From IMG/VR virus record IMGVR_UViG_3300029319_000025, positions 5,110 to 69,109 of that record: a stretch of 64,000 bases of DNA; one strand, 5' to 3'. This document shows positions 21,203 to 31,251 of the stretch, one piece after another. The notes beneath the pieces were generated by a model, which did no database searches, was not told the origin of the DNA, and saw only the letters and a program-made list of their open reading frames with translations. How positions within the stretch are numbered: the stretch's first letter is position 1; the number at the start of each line of letters is the position of its first letter. This DNA comes from a virus. The position numbers and the translations under genes are program-made.

Positions 21203-24200
21203 ATGTACGAATTAAACGGCACTACATATTCGCTAGAAGAAATAGAAAAAGCCGCTGAGCAAAGTGGTATGACTTTACAAGAGTACATTGCTGCTAGCGG
21301 TATGGGTTTTAGCGAGGAAGGTAAAAAACAAAGAGAAAAAATTAAAATTGATGACTTTGACGCTGGGGCTGAGTTAAGTACTGCAGGTAGTAAATTTTGG
21401 GCTACTATGAATGATGTAGGCGCTAATCTATCTGAGTTTCCTGCTTTTATGAATAGACTTAAGTTTTCAATAACTAGAGGTTTTTTATCAGACGAAATGA
21501 AAGAAACTATATCTAAAATGGATCCAGTTCAACAAGATGCTATTGCTCAGAGTCTCGGTGGTGTATTTGCTAGTACATATGGTATGGATCCGATTGGGAT
21601 GTTAGCTAAACCAGGCCAAGAAAAAGCTGCAGAGCTAAGGAAAAACGCTGAAAAACTAAGAGAAAACTTAATAAAATACGATACCGATATATATGATACT
21701 ATATTCAAAGAAGGTAATATAGGCGAAGGTGTTACTAGATTAGTAACAGAAGCAATAGGTACAGCTCCTACTATACTACAAGCTATGATACCATATGTTG
21801 GTATACCTTCTATTGTAGCAGGTTCTGCTGCTGAAGCCTCAAGAGAAGCTGTTTATGAAGAAGGTAAAGACATAAACATAAAACAGCAACTTTATTCTGC
21901 AGGTATAGGTATGTCTGAAGGACTACTTGAGCTTGTTACTAAGAGAATAGGCATGTCAGCTTTTAAAAACATAATAGGTCAGCCAAAAGAAGTTGTAAAG
22001 AAAACATTACTTGAAACCGCTGGTGGTATAGTTAAAGCTGGTGGTGCTGAAGGTTTATCTGAAACTGGTACTTTAGCTTTAAACAAGTTTTTAGAATCTA
22101 AGTATTACAATGAAAAAGGCTTGTTTGAAATGGACGTTACAAAATGGGAAGAGTTTTGGGACGAAGCTGGTGATACATTTTTAATAGGTATGGCAACAGG
22201 TAAAGGTATGTCAGGTACTGGCGCCGCTGCTTCATATACAAGAGACGCTATTGGTGGTAGATCTGTAAGAAAATCTCTAGACAAAACAAATGTTAGCGAG
22301 GTTTCAAGTGCTTTTTTAAACGAAAATGTAAATGAAGATGTTATAGAGCTAGGTAGAAACCAGTTTGCATCAAGAGCATTAGATATAGAACTTAATAAAA
22401 AAGTAAAATTCAACGAAATATCACAAGAAAAAGCTGACGAAATAAAGAAAAACTTTAACAATGCTAGACAGTCTATACAGTTAGCTGATAATTTAAAAAT
22501 AGGTGATAAACTTATAAATGAAACAGTAGGATTATTACAAGAAAGAAACAACCTTGCAGCTAGAATTAAACAAGCTGGAGAGAATAAAGCTCTTGTAAAA
22601 ACAGATATTGAAAGACTAAATGAAATAGACAATAGATTAGGTGATATTAGTGTTCAAAACCAATTAGATATTAGAAATCAAAAAGTAACTGATATACTAA
22701 CTGGTATTGAAAGTATAAATATAGAAATAGCAAACAATCAACAAGAAGCAGATCAAATAGCTAAAGATAAAAATTTAGATAAAAAAGCTTCTTCAGAAAG
22801 AGGTTTTATATTACAAAACACAGAAACAGGTGAACAAACTATAGTAATAAATAATGATGTTGCTCTTGCTGATAAAGACGTTAATGTTGCCGCTCATGAA
22901 TTATTACATGGTGTTTTATTTCAAACTGTAAAAAATAGCCCTGAAACAGCTCAAAACCTTGCTAACGCTTTAAATGAAGAAATAAATAAAATAGATACAG
23001 AAGCGTTAAAAGATAGTGATTTTAAAACTAGACTAGATCAATATAAAAACGAGCCTGCAGAAATACAAGCCGAAGAAACTTTGACATTGTTTGCCGATGC
23101 TATAGCTAACGGTGAAATAAAATATAACGAAACTGTTTTTACTAAAATAGGTGATGTTATTAGAAGATTACTTCAACAAGCAGGTTTATCAAATATTAAG
23201 TTTAATAATTCGCAAGATGTATTTAACTTTATAAAAGATTATAATAATAGCATAGTAAAAGGCGAGTTAACAAAAGCACAAAAACAACTTACAGAAAAAG
23301 CTGCAGAAGGTGGTTTAGTGTCAACACCTACAAATCAACAGGTTAACATTAAAAAATCATTAGCTACTAAAGTTGATAGTAAAAAAATAGAAGCTGATTT
23401 TAAATCTAGACTAGATCAATTTACTGGTACAGCTGAACAAAGAAAATACACAAGCGATGCAGAGTTTAAAAAATCAAATGATTTTGCTCAAGCAGCTTTA
23501 GCATTAGAAGAAGATCCAGCTGTACTTAAAAAAATAGAAAAAGAATTTTTAAGGTATAACGTAAATCCTACAACCCAAAATATAACAGACGCTTCAAGAA
23601 TATTATCAGATAAATTTATGACTACTTTTAATGTAGAAAAAAATAGTTTATTTGGTTGGGCTTTAGGTAAAACACCTGTATTAACAAAAGCTGTAAATAC
23701 TGTTATAGAAAAAGAAACTAGTAGACCTGATGCTGGCGCTGCTTCAATAGATCAAACTTTTGGTGAAGATCAAAGAGGTTTTGATGTTGTTGACGATACA
23801 GATATTAATGATATTATACAAAATAATATTGATGGCGACAAGTTAAGACCGAGATCAAAGGTTGGTCAAAAAACCATGCTAAATGGTGAAAAGTTATTTG
23901 ATGATAACATAGTAAAAGCTATGAAAGCAAAGGCTTTAGAGGTTTTAGGTAAAGACTATGATATAACTAGTGATGAGTTTATAAAATTTGTTACAGATGA
24001 GTTTAACACAACTATAAGGCCAGTATTACAAAAGAAAATAGGTAACGAAGCAGCTTATAGAAAATTTATAGAAGAAAACCACGAAACAGATGGTGATCCT
24101 TTTCAAGAAGGTAATATACCTTTAGCTGACATTGTTCAGATGGAAAAGATGGAAGATAACAAGGTATTTACTGAAGAAATACAAAGAAACTTAAAACCAA

Positions 24201-27200
24201 AAGCAGTAGACGCTGCTGTTAAAGCTAACAAGTTACCAAAAGGTACTAATAGATTATCTGGTCCTACGCTTTATAAATACGGTAAACCAACAGTAGACGA
24301 TAAAGTAAACTTTATATATGGTGTTAAAGGATCGAAAAGAGGTACCAGAAAAGATAGAACATTTTTAAATCTAGGTTTAAGAGCTATGTTTGACATGCTT
24401 GTAACTCAAGCAACGGAAACTAAAGTACCACAAAAACAAGTTACTAAATTAGCTGCAAAAGTAAATGTACCACAAAATATTAAATTTGCTAAATCTGTTA
24501 CAAAACAAGTGCAAGAGTACGGTGCTAGAACTAGAGCTCGTAATGAGTTTCAAACTATAAATGGTAAGAAACTAGCTAAAACAGATCCTGCTGTAAAAAA
24601 CAAAGCAAAAGAAGAAATAATACCTTCTCTTAAAAAACTATCAAAAGAAACAAGAGTGCTAATGCTTTATACTATGCAGGGTACTGGTAAAGATAAAATA
24701 GATGGTACGCTTGGTAGGTCTGGTATGATATTTCCAAACAAGCAAGCGGCCATGGACGCTTTAGGACTTACACAGCAAGATATTAAAAACACTGATATAA
24801 AAGACGCTCAGAACTATGCTGGTAAATCTGTATTAAGTACAAGTAAACTACCTATAGATTTAATTAAAAACTTATTAACAGACGGTAATTTACACTTAAC
24901 AATAGCTAGAGAAAATTTAGCTAAAGAAACTAAGTTAAAACAAATAGTAACTGAATTAGCTAATTTATCTGCTAAAAACCCTGATATAGCTGCTGGATTA
25001 AATCATATAATAGGTTTACAGTCAGATTATCAAGGACATTTTATTAGAAAGCTTGTAACGTTTCAGTCTTTTACAGATCCTAAGTTATTAAGTAAAGGAA
25101 TACACGATGAGCATTACTCTAAATCATTAAGAACAACTAGATTTGTACAGTCTATAATAGATAAAGCAGCTACAGAAGGTGAAGATTATTTAAGTCAAGA
25201 ATTAAACGATGATTTAGAAAACTTAGTACAAGGACAAGCTAGAGGTATTGTATCTAAAATAGAAGGTAATAAATTTGATGAGAAAAAAGGTATAGGCGAA
25301 CAAAACCACATAGCTCAAACACCGTTTGAAGAGGTTTATAAAAAAGTACAAAACCCTAAAAAACATTACATACTTCCTTATACTAGATTAAATCCTACTA
25401 GTGAAGTTAAAACATTACAAGAGGTAGCTGATAATAATTTTAAAAGAGTTAAAAACTTTAAATACCCTAACCAATTAGTAAAACTAAGTAAAAGCAGTAA
25501 TTCAGATAAAATACTAAACGATTTAAATAATTACGATAAAGCATTGCGTAATGCCAAAGATCTAAAAGCACCTAAAAAAGGTATTAGTGTATTTGATTTT
25601 GATGATACTTTAGCTACAACAAAAAGTAAGATTATTGTTACTATGGCCGATGGTAAAGTAAAAGAAATAACACCTGCTGAATTTGCAAAGCTACATAGTA
25701 AGTTAGAAAGTGAAGGAGCAACATTTGATTTTAGTCAATTTAACGAAGTTATAGATGGTAAACCAGGGCCTTTAGCTGCTAAGCTTAAAAAAGCAATAGA
25801 TAAGTTTGGTAACAAAGATGTATTTGTTTTAACAGCTAGACCAGCTGCTTCAGAACAAGCTATATATGAGTTTTTAAAAGGTATAGGTTTAGAAATACCA
25901 TTAGAAAATATAACAGGTTTAGAAAACGGTACACCTCAAGCAAAAGCAAACTGGGTTGTTGATAAAGCAGCACAAGGTTATAATGATTTTTACTTTACTG
26001 ATGATGCTTATAAAAATGTAAAAGCAGTGCAAGACGCTCTTGAAGTATTAGATGTTAAATCTAAATCAAGAGTAGCTTATGTTGATAGAGTATCAAAATT
26101 AGATAAAGATTTTAACGATATACTAGAAGCTAAAACAGGTATTGCTGCAGAAAAAGAATATAGTCCAGCTAAAGCTAAAGTAGTGGGTGCTAAAAAAGGT
26201 AGATTTACATTTTTTATACCACCATCAGCAGAAGATTTTGTAGGTTTATTATATAATACACTATCAAAAGGTAAGCTTGGTGATAATCAAATGGCTTGGT
26301 ATAAAAAGAACTTACTAGATCCCTTCGCAAGAGCTAACGCAAATATATCAAGAGAGCGTATAGCTTTGATGAATGATTATAAAGCTTTAAAAAATCAACT
26401 AAACATTGTTCCTAAAAACTTAAAAAAGACAATACCTGGTGACACATATACTAGAGAACAAGCTGTTAGAGTTTATATATGGGATAAACAAGGTATGACT
26501 GTTCCAGGGTTAAGTAAAGCAGATTTAAAAGATTTAGTTAAATACGTTAATGGTGATGCTGCTTTAAAAACATTTGGTGATCAGTTGATAAATATAAATA
26601 AAGATGATGGTTATGCAGCTCCTACTTCTGGTTGGCTAGCAGGAACAACTACAACGGATTTATTACAAAACATTGGAACAACAAAAAGAGCTAAACATTT
26701 AGCTGAATGGCAGCAAAACGTAGATATTATATTTTCTGAAAAGAATTTAAATAAAATGGAAGCTGCCTTTGGTAAAGCACATAGAATAGCTTTAGAAGGT
26801 ATATTAAAACGTATGAAAACTGGTAGAAACAGAAGTTTCCAAACAGATTCATTAACGGGTAAAGTTACAGATTGGTTGACAAATAGTATTGGTACTATTA
26901 TGTTCTTTAACACAAGATCAGCATTACTACAAACAATATCAGCTGTTAACTTTATTAACTTTAAAGATAATAATATATTTAAAGCTGGTAAAGCATATGC
27001 TAATCAAAAACAATATTGGTCAGACTTTATGACTTTAATGAACTCAGACTTTTTAGTTGATAGACGTAGAGGATTAAGAATAAATGTAAACGAAGCTGAT
27101 ATAGCTAACATGGCACAAGAAAGTGGACCAAGAGGTGTTATAAGTAAAATGCTTGAAATAGGGTTTTTACCAACACAAATAGCTGATAGTTTTGCTATCG

Positions 27201-28084
27201 CAAGTGGTGGCGCTACAATGTATAGGAATAGAATTAATACGTATAAAAAACAAGGATTTAGTCAAAAAGAAGCTGAAAAGAAAGCATTTAATGATTTTAG
27301 AGAAATAGCTGAAGAATCTCAACAGTCTAGTAGACCTGATAGAATATCCGCTCAACAAGCAGGACCATTAGGTAGAATAATACTAGCGTTTGGTAATACA
27401 CCTATGCAGTACGCTAGGTTAATTAAAAAAGCCGCTTCTGATCTTAAAAACAGAAGAGGTGACTGGAAAACAAATGTTTCTAAAATTATATACTATGGTG
27501 CTGTACAAAATTTAATATTCAATGCTTTACAGCAAGCTATATTTGCTATAGCGTTTGGCGATTCAGATGAAGATGAAGAAGAAAAAAAATATTTAAGTAT
27601 AGCTAATGGTATGGCAGACTCGTTATTAAGGGGTGTTGGTATTGCGGGCGCTTTTGTGTCTGTCGGTAAAAACGCTATAATAAGAATAATGAATGAGTCA
27701 GAAAAACCTAATCCTAAATATGAAAAAATAGGTTATGAGTTAACTAGAATATCACCACCAATATCATCAAAGTTATCAAGATTAAATCAAGCCGCTAGAT
27801 CTTTACAATGGGATAAAGAAGAAATGATGCAAAAAGGTTTATCATATGATAATCCAGCTTGGTTAGCAGGTGCAAACGTAACATCTGCTATAACAAATGT
27901 ACCTGTTGATAGATTAGTCAAGAAAACAACTAATGTAATTGATGCAACAAGTCAAGATCTTGAAATGTGGGAAAGACTAGCTTTATTAGGTGGTTGGCAA
28001 AAATGGGAACTAGATATGACTGATGATAGAAAAACTAAAAAATCTAAAAAGAAAAAATCATCAGGGCCTAAAAGAAGATTTTAA
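21203..28084 (+). CDS. Giant internal/ejected polyvalent protein with zincin HExxH and HAD-phosphatase domains
   Basis: AAHELLHG (22895-22909) with downstream AEE; HAD motifs VFDFDDTL (~25595), VLTAR, FTDD. Confidence 0.75.
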   Translation: MYELNGTTYSLEEIEKAAEQSGMTLQEYIAASGMGFSEEGKKQREKIKIDDFDAGAELSTAGSKFWATMNDVGANLSEFPAFMNRLKFSITRGFLSDEMKETISKMDPVQQDAIAQSLGGVFASTYGMDPIGMLAKPGQEKAAELRKNAEKLRENLIKYDTDIYDTIFKEGNIGEGVTRLVTEAIGTAPTILQAMIPYVGIPSIVAGSAAEASREAVYEEGKDINIKQQLYSAGIGMSEGLLELVTKRIGMSAFKNIIGQPKEVVKKTLLETAGGIVKAGGAEGLSETGTLALNKFLESKYYNEKGLFEMDVTKWEEFWDEAGDTFLIGMATGKGMSGTGAAASYTRDAIGGRSVRKSLDKTNVSEVSSAFLNENVNEDVIELGRNQFASRALDIELNKKVKFNEISQEKADEIKKNFNNARQSIQLADNLKIGDKLINETVGLLQERNNLAARIKQAGENKALVKTDIERLNEIDNRLGDISVQNQLDIRNQKVTDILTGIESINIEIANNQQEADQIAKDKNLDKKASSERGFILQNTETGEQTIVINNDVALADKDVNVAAHELLHGVLFQTVKNSPETAQNLANALNEEINKIDTEALKDSDFKTRLDQYKNEPAEIQAEETLTLFADAIANGEIKYNETVFTKIGDVIRRLLQQAGLSNIKFNNSQDVFNFIKDYNNSIVKGELTKAQKQLTEKAAEGGLVSTPTNQQVNIKKSLATKVDSKKIEADFKSRLDQFTGTAEQRKYTSDAEFKKSNDFAQAALALEEDPAVLKKIEKEFLRYNVNPTTQNITDASRILSDKFMTTFNVEKNSLFGWALGKTPVLTKAVNTVIEKETSRPDAGAASIDQTFGEDQRGFDVVDDTDINDIIQNNIDGDKLRPRSKVGQKTMLNGEKLFDDNIVKAMKAKALEVLGKDYDITSDEFIKFVTDEFNTTIRPVLQKKIGNEAAYRKFIEENHETDGDPFQEGNIPLADIVQMEKMEDNKVFTEEIQRNLKPKAVDAAVKANKLPKGTNRLSGPTLYKYGKPTVDDKVNFIYGVKGSKRGTRKDRTFLNLGLRAMFDMLVTQATETKVPQKQVTKLAAKVNVPQNIKFAKSVTKQVQEYGARTRARNEFQTINGKKLAKTDPAVKNKAKEEIIPSLKKLSKETRVLMLYTMQGTGKDKIDGTLGRSGMIFPNKQAAMDALGLTQQDIKNTDIKDAQNYAGKSVLSTSKLPIDLIKNLLTDGNLHLTIARENLAKETKLKQIVTELANLSAKNPDIAAGLNHIIGLQSDYQGHFIRKLVTFQSFTDPKLLSKGIHDEHYSKSLRTTRFVQSIIDKAATEGEDYLSQELNDDLENLVQGQARGIVSKIEGNKFDEKKGIGEQNHIAQTPFEEVYKKVQNPKKHYILPYTRLNPTSEVKTLQEVADNNFKRVKNFKYPNQLVKLSKSSNSDKILNDLNNYDKALRNAKDLKAPKKGISVFDFDDTLATTKSKIIVTMADGKVKEITPAEFAKLHSKLESEGATFDFSQFNEVIDGKPGPLAAKLKKAIDKFGNKDVFVLTARPAASEQAIYEFLKGIGLEIPLENITGLENGTPQAKANWVVDKAAQGYNDFYFTDDAYKNVKAVQDALEVLDVKSKSRVAYVDRVSKLDKDFNDILEAKTGIAAEKEYSPAKAKVVGAKKGRFTFFIPPSAEDFVGLLYNTLSKGKLGDNQMAWYKKNLLDPFARANANISRERIALMNDYKALKNQLNIVPKNLKKTIPGDTYTREQAVRVYIWDKQGMTVPGLSKADLKDLVKYVNGDAALKTFGDQLININKDDGYAAPTSGWLAGTTTTDLLQNIGTTKRAKHLAEWQQNVDIIFSEKNLNKMEAAFGKAHRIALEGILKRMKTGRNRSFQTDSLTGKVTDWLTNSIGTIMFFNTRSALLQTISAVNFINFKDNNIFKAGKAYANQKQYWSDFMTLMNSDFLVDRRRGLRINVNEADIANMAQESGPRGVISKMLEIGFLPTQIADSFAIASGGATMYRNRINTYKKQGFSQKEAEKKAFNDFREIAEESQQSSRPDRISAQQAGPLGRIILAFGNTPMQYARLIKKAASDLKNRRGDWKTNVSKIIYYGAVQNLIFNALQQAIFAIAFGDSDEDEEEKKYLSIANGMADSLLRGVGIAGAFVSVGKNAIIRIMNESEKPNPKYEKIGYELTRISPPISSKLSRLNQAARSLQWDKEEMMQKGLSYDNPAWLAGANVTSAITNVPVDRLVKKTTNVIDATSQDLEMWERLALLGGWQKWELDMTDDRKTKKSKKKKSSGPKRRF

Positions 28085-28088
28085 ACAT

Positions 28089-28116
28089 TAAAATAAACTA
28101 AAAACAAGTAATACTA
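28089..28116 (+). promoter_or_regulatory. Putative middle/late promoter
   Basis: TAAAA-N14-GTAATACTA. Confidence 0.4.
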
Positions 28117-28133
28117 AATAAAACAAGTGAACT

Positions 28134-29330
28134 ATGAGACAACTGCTAATTATAGTATTTTTACTATCAAATATTAACCTTTTTGCTCAAGAAAACAAAA
28201 AGAACTTATTTAAGTCTATTTATGAAGACTTTTTTAAGTATAGTACTTTTTATATAGCTGGCGATATAGAAAATCCAAAAGAAGAAGTTAAAGATTATTT
28301 TGTAAGAACAAACCCAGACGGTGGTTTATATGATATACCTGTTGTAGTAGACGGAACAGACTACTATGATTTTGACTATAGATATGGTTTTGGTGTACGT
28401 AAACTAGCTAGGTTTGATTATGAGTTTAAAGGTAAACATTACTATGATGGTACTGAAAGCAGTGTAGGTTTATCCGCGACTAATTCACCTGTAAAAGGTT
28501 TTGAATATTTATTTCACTGGGAAAAAGAAAGAGAAAGAGATGAAATGTTTGATAACCATAGATACTTTTTAAAACATAGTGGTAAGTATCATGTTGTTAA
28601 AATAGAAAGTAGAAAACAAGGTAAAGTTGATTTTAATTATAAATCAGCTGAATTAAAAGCTAAACTACCTATTGGTAACAAGTTTAGTATATCTGCAGGC
28701 GCAATATATCGTACACATGAAAGACCTTATGGATATAATCCTATTGAAATATGGTTAAATGAAACACAAATTATTAACGGTGAAGAATATCCTGTTAACT
28801 ATTGGTACGAGTTAGGATTTGAATATGGATATGATGATATATATTATTCACAAACAGATGAGTTTGGTAACGAAACATACGACTGGTATTGGATAGATCC
28901 AGATGGAAATATAGTTGCTGATAGTGATCTAGAGTTTCGTGATGGTGTATTTGCAGATCTTATGAATCAATATAATAATGAAATATTTGAAACCATTGAT
29001 GCATTCGGTGTAGTTTCACCAGTGGTCGGTTTTGACTTTTATCATTATAAAAATAATTTTTGGCTACATGCTTATGGTAACTATTTATTACCATATCACA
29101 AGTATGTTCAAGGTGACGAAGACTTTAGTTATTTAAATAGAAATAACTGGGGTAAAGGTGGACTAAGACAAGACTCTGAGCCAGAGCAGTGGGAAGATTA
29201 TCAAGCAGGCGTTGTATTTGGATGGAAACTAAGTAAATCAATTGGCTTGTTTGTAGAGGGTGAATATACTAAATTCTGGGATAGTAAAATCTATAACAGT
29301 TCTGTTGGATTAAATATAAGTTTAAGATAA
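28134..29330 (+). CDS. Secreted, probable outer-membrane beta-barrel protein
   Basis: Sec signal peptide (LFA/Q); aromatic-rich alternating strands, terminal GLFVEGEY...SVGLNISLR. Confidence 0.55.
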   Translation: MRQLLIIVFLLSNINLFAQENKKNLFKSIYEDFFKYSTFYIAGDIENPKEEVKDYFVRTNPDGGLYDIPVVVDGTDYYDFDYRYGFGVRKLARFDYEFKGKHYYDGTESSVGLSATNSPVKGFEYLFHWEKERERDEMFDNHRYFLKHSGKYHVVKIESRKQGKVDFNYKSAELKAKLPIGNKFSISAGAIYRTHERPYGYNPIEIWLNETQIINGEEYPVNYWYELGFEYGYDDIYYSQTDEFGNETYDWYWIDPDGNIVADSDLEFRDGVFADLMNQYNNEIFETIDAFGVVSPVVGFDFYHYKNNFWLHAYGNYLLPYHKYVQGDEDFSYLNRNNWGKGGLRQDSEPEQWEDYQAGVVFGWKLSKSIGLFVEGEYTKFWDSKIYNSSVGLNISLR

Positions 29331-29331
29331 A

Positions 29332-29616
29332 ATGGCTAAACAAATAGGTGAAGATACTAAAGTAACATTAGATTTAAAAACATTGGGAACTATAGCTGTT
29401 GGTATAGCGGCAATGGTTGGTATGTGGTTTGCATTACAAGCTGATATAGCTTTAGCAAAAGAATTACCAGAACCAGTTATAGATAGAATAGAGTATGATC
29501 TAAAAGATGAGTTAATTCGTCAAACCATATTAGATACTCAAGAAGATGTAGAATCAATGAAAGAGCAATTGGATAAAATTGACGAAAGATTATACGAAAT
29601 ACAAAAACAAAAATGA
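29332..29616 (+). CDS. Single-TM coiled-coil protein
   Basis: TM LGTIAVGIAAMVGMWFAL followed by heptads. Confidence 0.65.
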   Translation: MAKQIGEDTKVTLDLKTLGTIAVGIAAMVGMWFALQADIALAKELPEPVIDRIEYDLKDELIRQTILDTQEDVESMKEQLDKIDERLYEIQKQK

Positions 29617-30023
29617 AACATTTAATTTTACTTTTAATACCTTTTCTAACATTTGCTCAATCAGATGTGCCAGAAAAATATTGGATAGATGATAGTAATT
29701 TTGAAGAAAAAATAAATATAAAAGAAGCTTTTGGTGATGACAATAACAAACCTGTTGTTGTAGAATTTTGGGCTAAGTTTAATGAAGCAAATTGTTTTGC
29801 TGACTGGGATAAATTAGAAGATGTAGTTTATTATAGAGTTGATATAGCTAAAGCTCCAGAAGCTAAAAAGAAATATAAAGTACGTATGGCACCAACTTTA
29901 ATTATATATAAAGATGGTTTTAAAGAAGAGGTTTTTAAAGCTGGTTTAGATCTAACATTACCAGCTGATTTATCAGATGTACAAGAAGCAATTAATGAAG
30001 TTAATAACGCGAGTAAATTTTAA
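29613..30023 (+). CDS. Secreted thioredoxin-fold protein lacking CxxC
   Basis: Signal peptide; KPVVVEFWAKFN, YRVDI, cis-Pro-like MAPTLIIYKDG. Confidence 0.7.
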   Translation: MKHLILLLIPFLTFAQSDVPEKYWIDDSNFEEKINIKEAFGDDNNKPVVVEFWAKFNEANCFADWDKLEDVVYYRVDIAKAPEAKKKYKVRMAPTLIIYKDGFKEEVFKAGLDLTLPADLSDVQEAINEVNNASKF

Positions 30024-30026
30024 GAC

Positions 30027-30170
30027 ATGGGAAAAATAAGTGGGCCTTGTAAGGCTGCAGCAAAAAGAAAATTTAAAGTTTGGCCAAGTGCATATGCGTC
30101 TGGTTGGGGTGTAAGATGTACTAAAGCCGGTGGTCCCGCTAAATTTGGAGGCGGTAAAAAGAAAAAATAA
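30027..30170 (+). CDS. Small basic protein (47 aa, MGKISGPCKAAAKRKFKVWPSAYASG...)
   Basis: Translated by hand; not in ORF track. Confidence 0.7.
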   Translation: MGKISGPCKAAAKRKFKVWPSAYASGWGVRCTKAGGPAKFGGGKKKK

Positions 30171-30171
30171 A

Positions 30172-30429
30172 ATGCCTAGAAAAAAGCAAAAAGGAGGCGG
30201 TACTAGAAAAACTTGTTTACCAGCTGCTAAAATACGTAGCATGAGTAAAAAGCAAAGGCAACGTTTAGTTTCAGCTAAACAAAAAGCAGGTAAAGCTGGT
30301 AAATATAGAAGATCGTCAAAAACAAATGTTAAAGGTGCTAGAAAAAAAGGTGCCACGTTACGTGACTGGTTTCAAAAAGAAGACTGGAGACAAGTTAACA
30401 ACCCAAAGAAAAAGTGTGGTGAAAAATAA
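30172..30429 (+). CDS. Small Lys/Arg-rich protein
   Basis: MPRKKQK...CLPAAKI...LRDWFQKEDW; start revised. Confidence 0.7.
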   Translation: MPRKKQKGGGTRKTCLPAAKIRSMSKKQRQRLVSAKQKAGKAGKYRRSSKTNVKGARKKGATLRDWFQKEDWRQVNNPKKKCGEK

Positions 30430-30520
30430 AAAGAAAAAAGGTAGATGCTGGCCTGGTTACAAACCTGTTAAAGGTAAAAAACCATATTCGCCAGGAAGCT
30501 GTAAAAAAATAAAAAAATGA
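30419..30520 (+). CDS. Small basic protein with CWPGY..C motif
   Basis: GTG start; GRCWPGYKPVKGKKPYSPGSC. Confidence 0.55.
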   Translation: MKNKKKKGRCWPGYKPVKGKKPYSPGSCKKIKK

Positions 30521-30690
30521 AATCAAGAGGTTTAGGAGATAGTGTACATAAATTTACAAAAGCTACGGGTATTAAACGAGTAGTTGATAGAGTATCACAA
30601 GGTTTAAATATACCGTGTGGTTGTGAAGGTAGAAGACAAGCTTTAAATAATTTAGTACCTTACAACAAACAATTTAAATTAAAAAAATAA
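30517..30690 (+). CDS. Small protein (57 aa, MKSRGLGDS...CGC..R)
   Basis: ATGA and TAATG coupling on both sides. Confidence 0.7.
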   Translation: MKSRGLGDSVHKFTKATGIKRVVDRVSQGLNIPCGCEGRRQALNNLVPYNKQFKLKK

Positions 30691-30803
30691 TGGGATACGC
30701 AAGTGCAGCTCAACGTAAAGCAGTTTGGGCAAGTAAAAAAGATGGTGGTAAAGGTAATCCTAACCGTAAGAAAAAAAGAAAAGTTAAACGTAAAAAGAAA
30801 TAA
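30690..30803 (+). CDS. Small basic protein (37 aa, MGYASAAQRKAVWA...)
   Basis: TAATG coupling; poly-Lys/Arg tail. Confidence 0.65.
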   Translation: MGYASAAQRKAVWASKKDGGKGNPNRKKKRKVKRKKK

Positions 30804-30805
30804 CT

Positions 30806-30928
30806 ATGCCGGGAAAACATAAGAGGCTTACAGCTAAACAAATGAAAATAGCTAAAATGGCTCCACCTTATAATAAAATAACAGGTGCAGACTTTAAAAA
30901 ATTAAAATCTAAAAGAAGAAAGTACTAA
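30806..30928 (+). CDS. Small basic protein (40 aa, ...KITGADFKKL)
   Basis: Coupled to the next ORF by TAATG. Confidence 0.65.
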   Translation: MPGKHKRLTAKQMKIAKMAPPYNKITGADFKKLKSKRRKY

Positions 30929-31179
30929 TGGCTGAACCAAGAAAAACAACCAAAGGTAAAGGTCGTAATTTTAGAACTGTAAAAGAAGGTGCTGGTATGA
31001 CTAAAAAAGGTGTAGCAGCGTACAGGCGTAAAAACCCAGGCAGTAAACTAAAAACAGCGGTTACTGGTAAGGTAAAAAAAGGCAGCAAGGCTTGGAAAAG
31101 AAGAAAATCTTTTTGTGCAAGATCAAAACACTGGAAAGGTGAAAGAGGTAGAGCTGCTAGACGTAGATGGAAATGTTAA
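30928..31179 (+). CDS. Small basic protein (GMTKKG...RRKSFCARS...RRRWKC)
   Basis: ORF track; motif pattern typical of a widespread phage basic-protein family. Confidence 0.75.
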   Translation: MAEPRKTTKGKGRNFRTVKEGAGMTKKGVAAYRRKNPGSKLKTAVTGKVKKGSKAWKRRKSFCARSKHWKGERGRAARRRWKC

Positions 31180-31194
31180 TTAAAAATAACTAAT

Positions 31195-31251
31195 ATGAAT
31201 AGTGAAATGGAAACTTGCCCTATTTGCGGTGGCTATTGCGGCAACTGCTAA
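31195..31251 (+). CDS. Possible 18-aa Cys-rich peptide MNSEMETCPICGGYCGNC
   Basis: ATG with AT-rich leader; CxxC-x3-CxxC; overlaps the next ORF in another frame. Confidence 0.35.
   Translation: MNSEMETCPICGGYCGNC

Noticed and set aside
21203-28084. Giant protein as a crAss-type virion RNA polymerase
   Set aside because: No DxDxD catalytic motif in RNAP context was seen; DFDDT fits HAD motif I with matching downstream HAD motifs, and NIDGD lacks the first Asp
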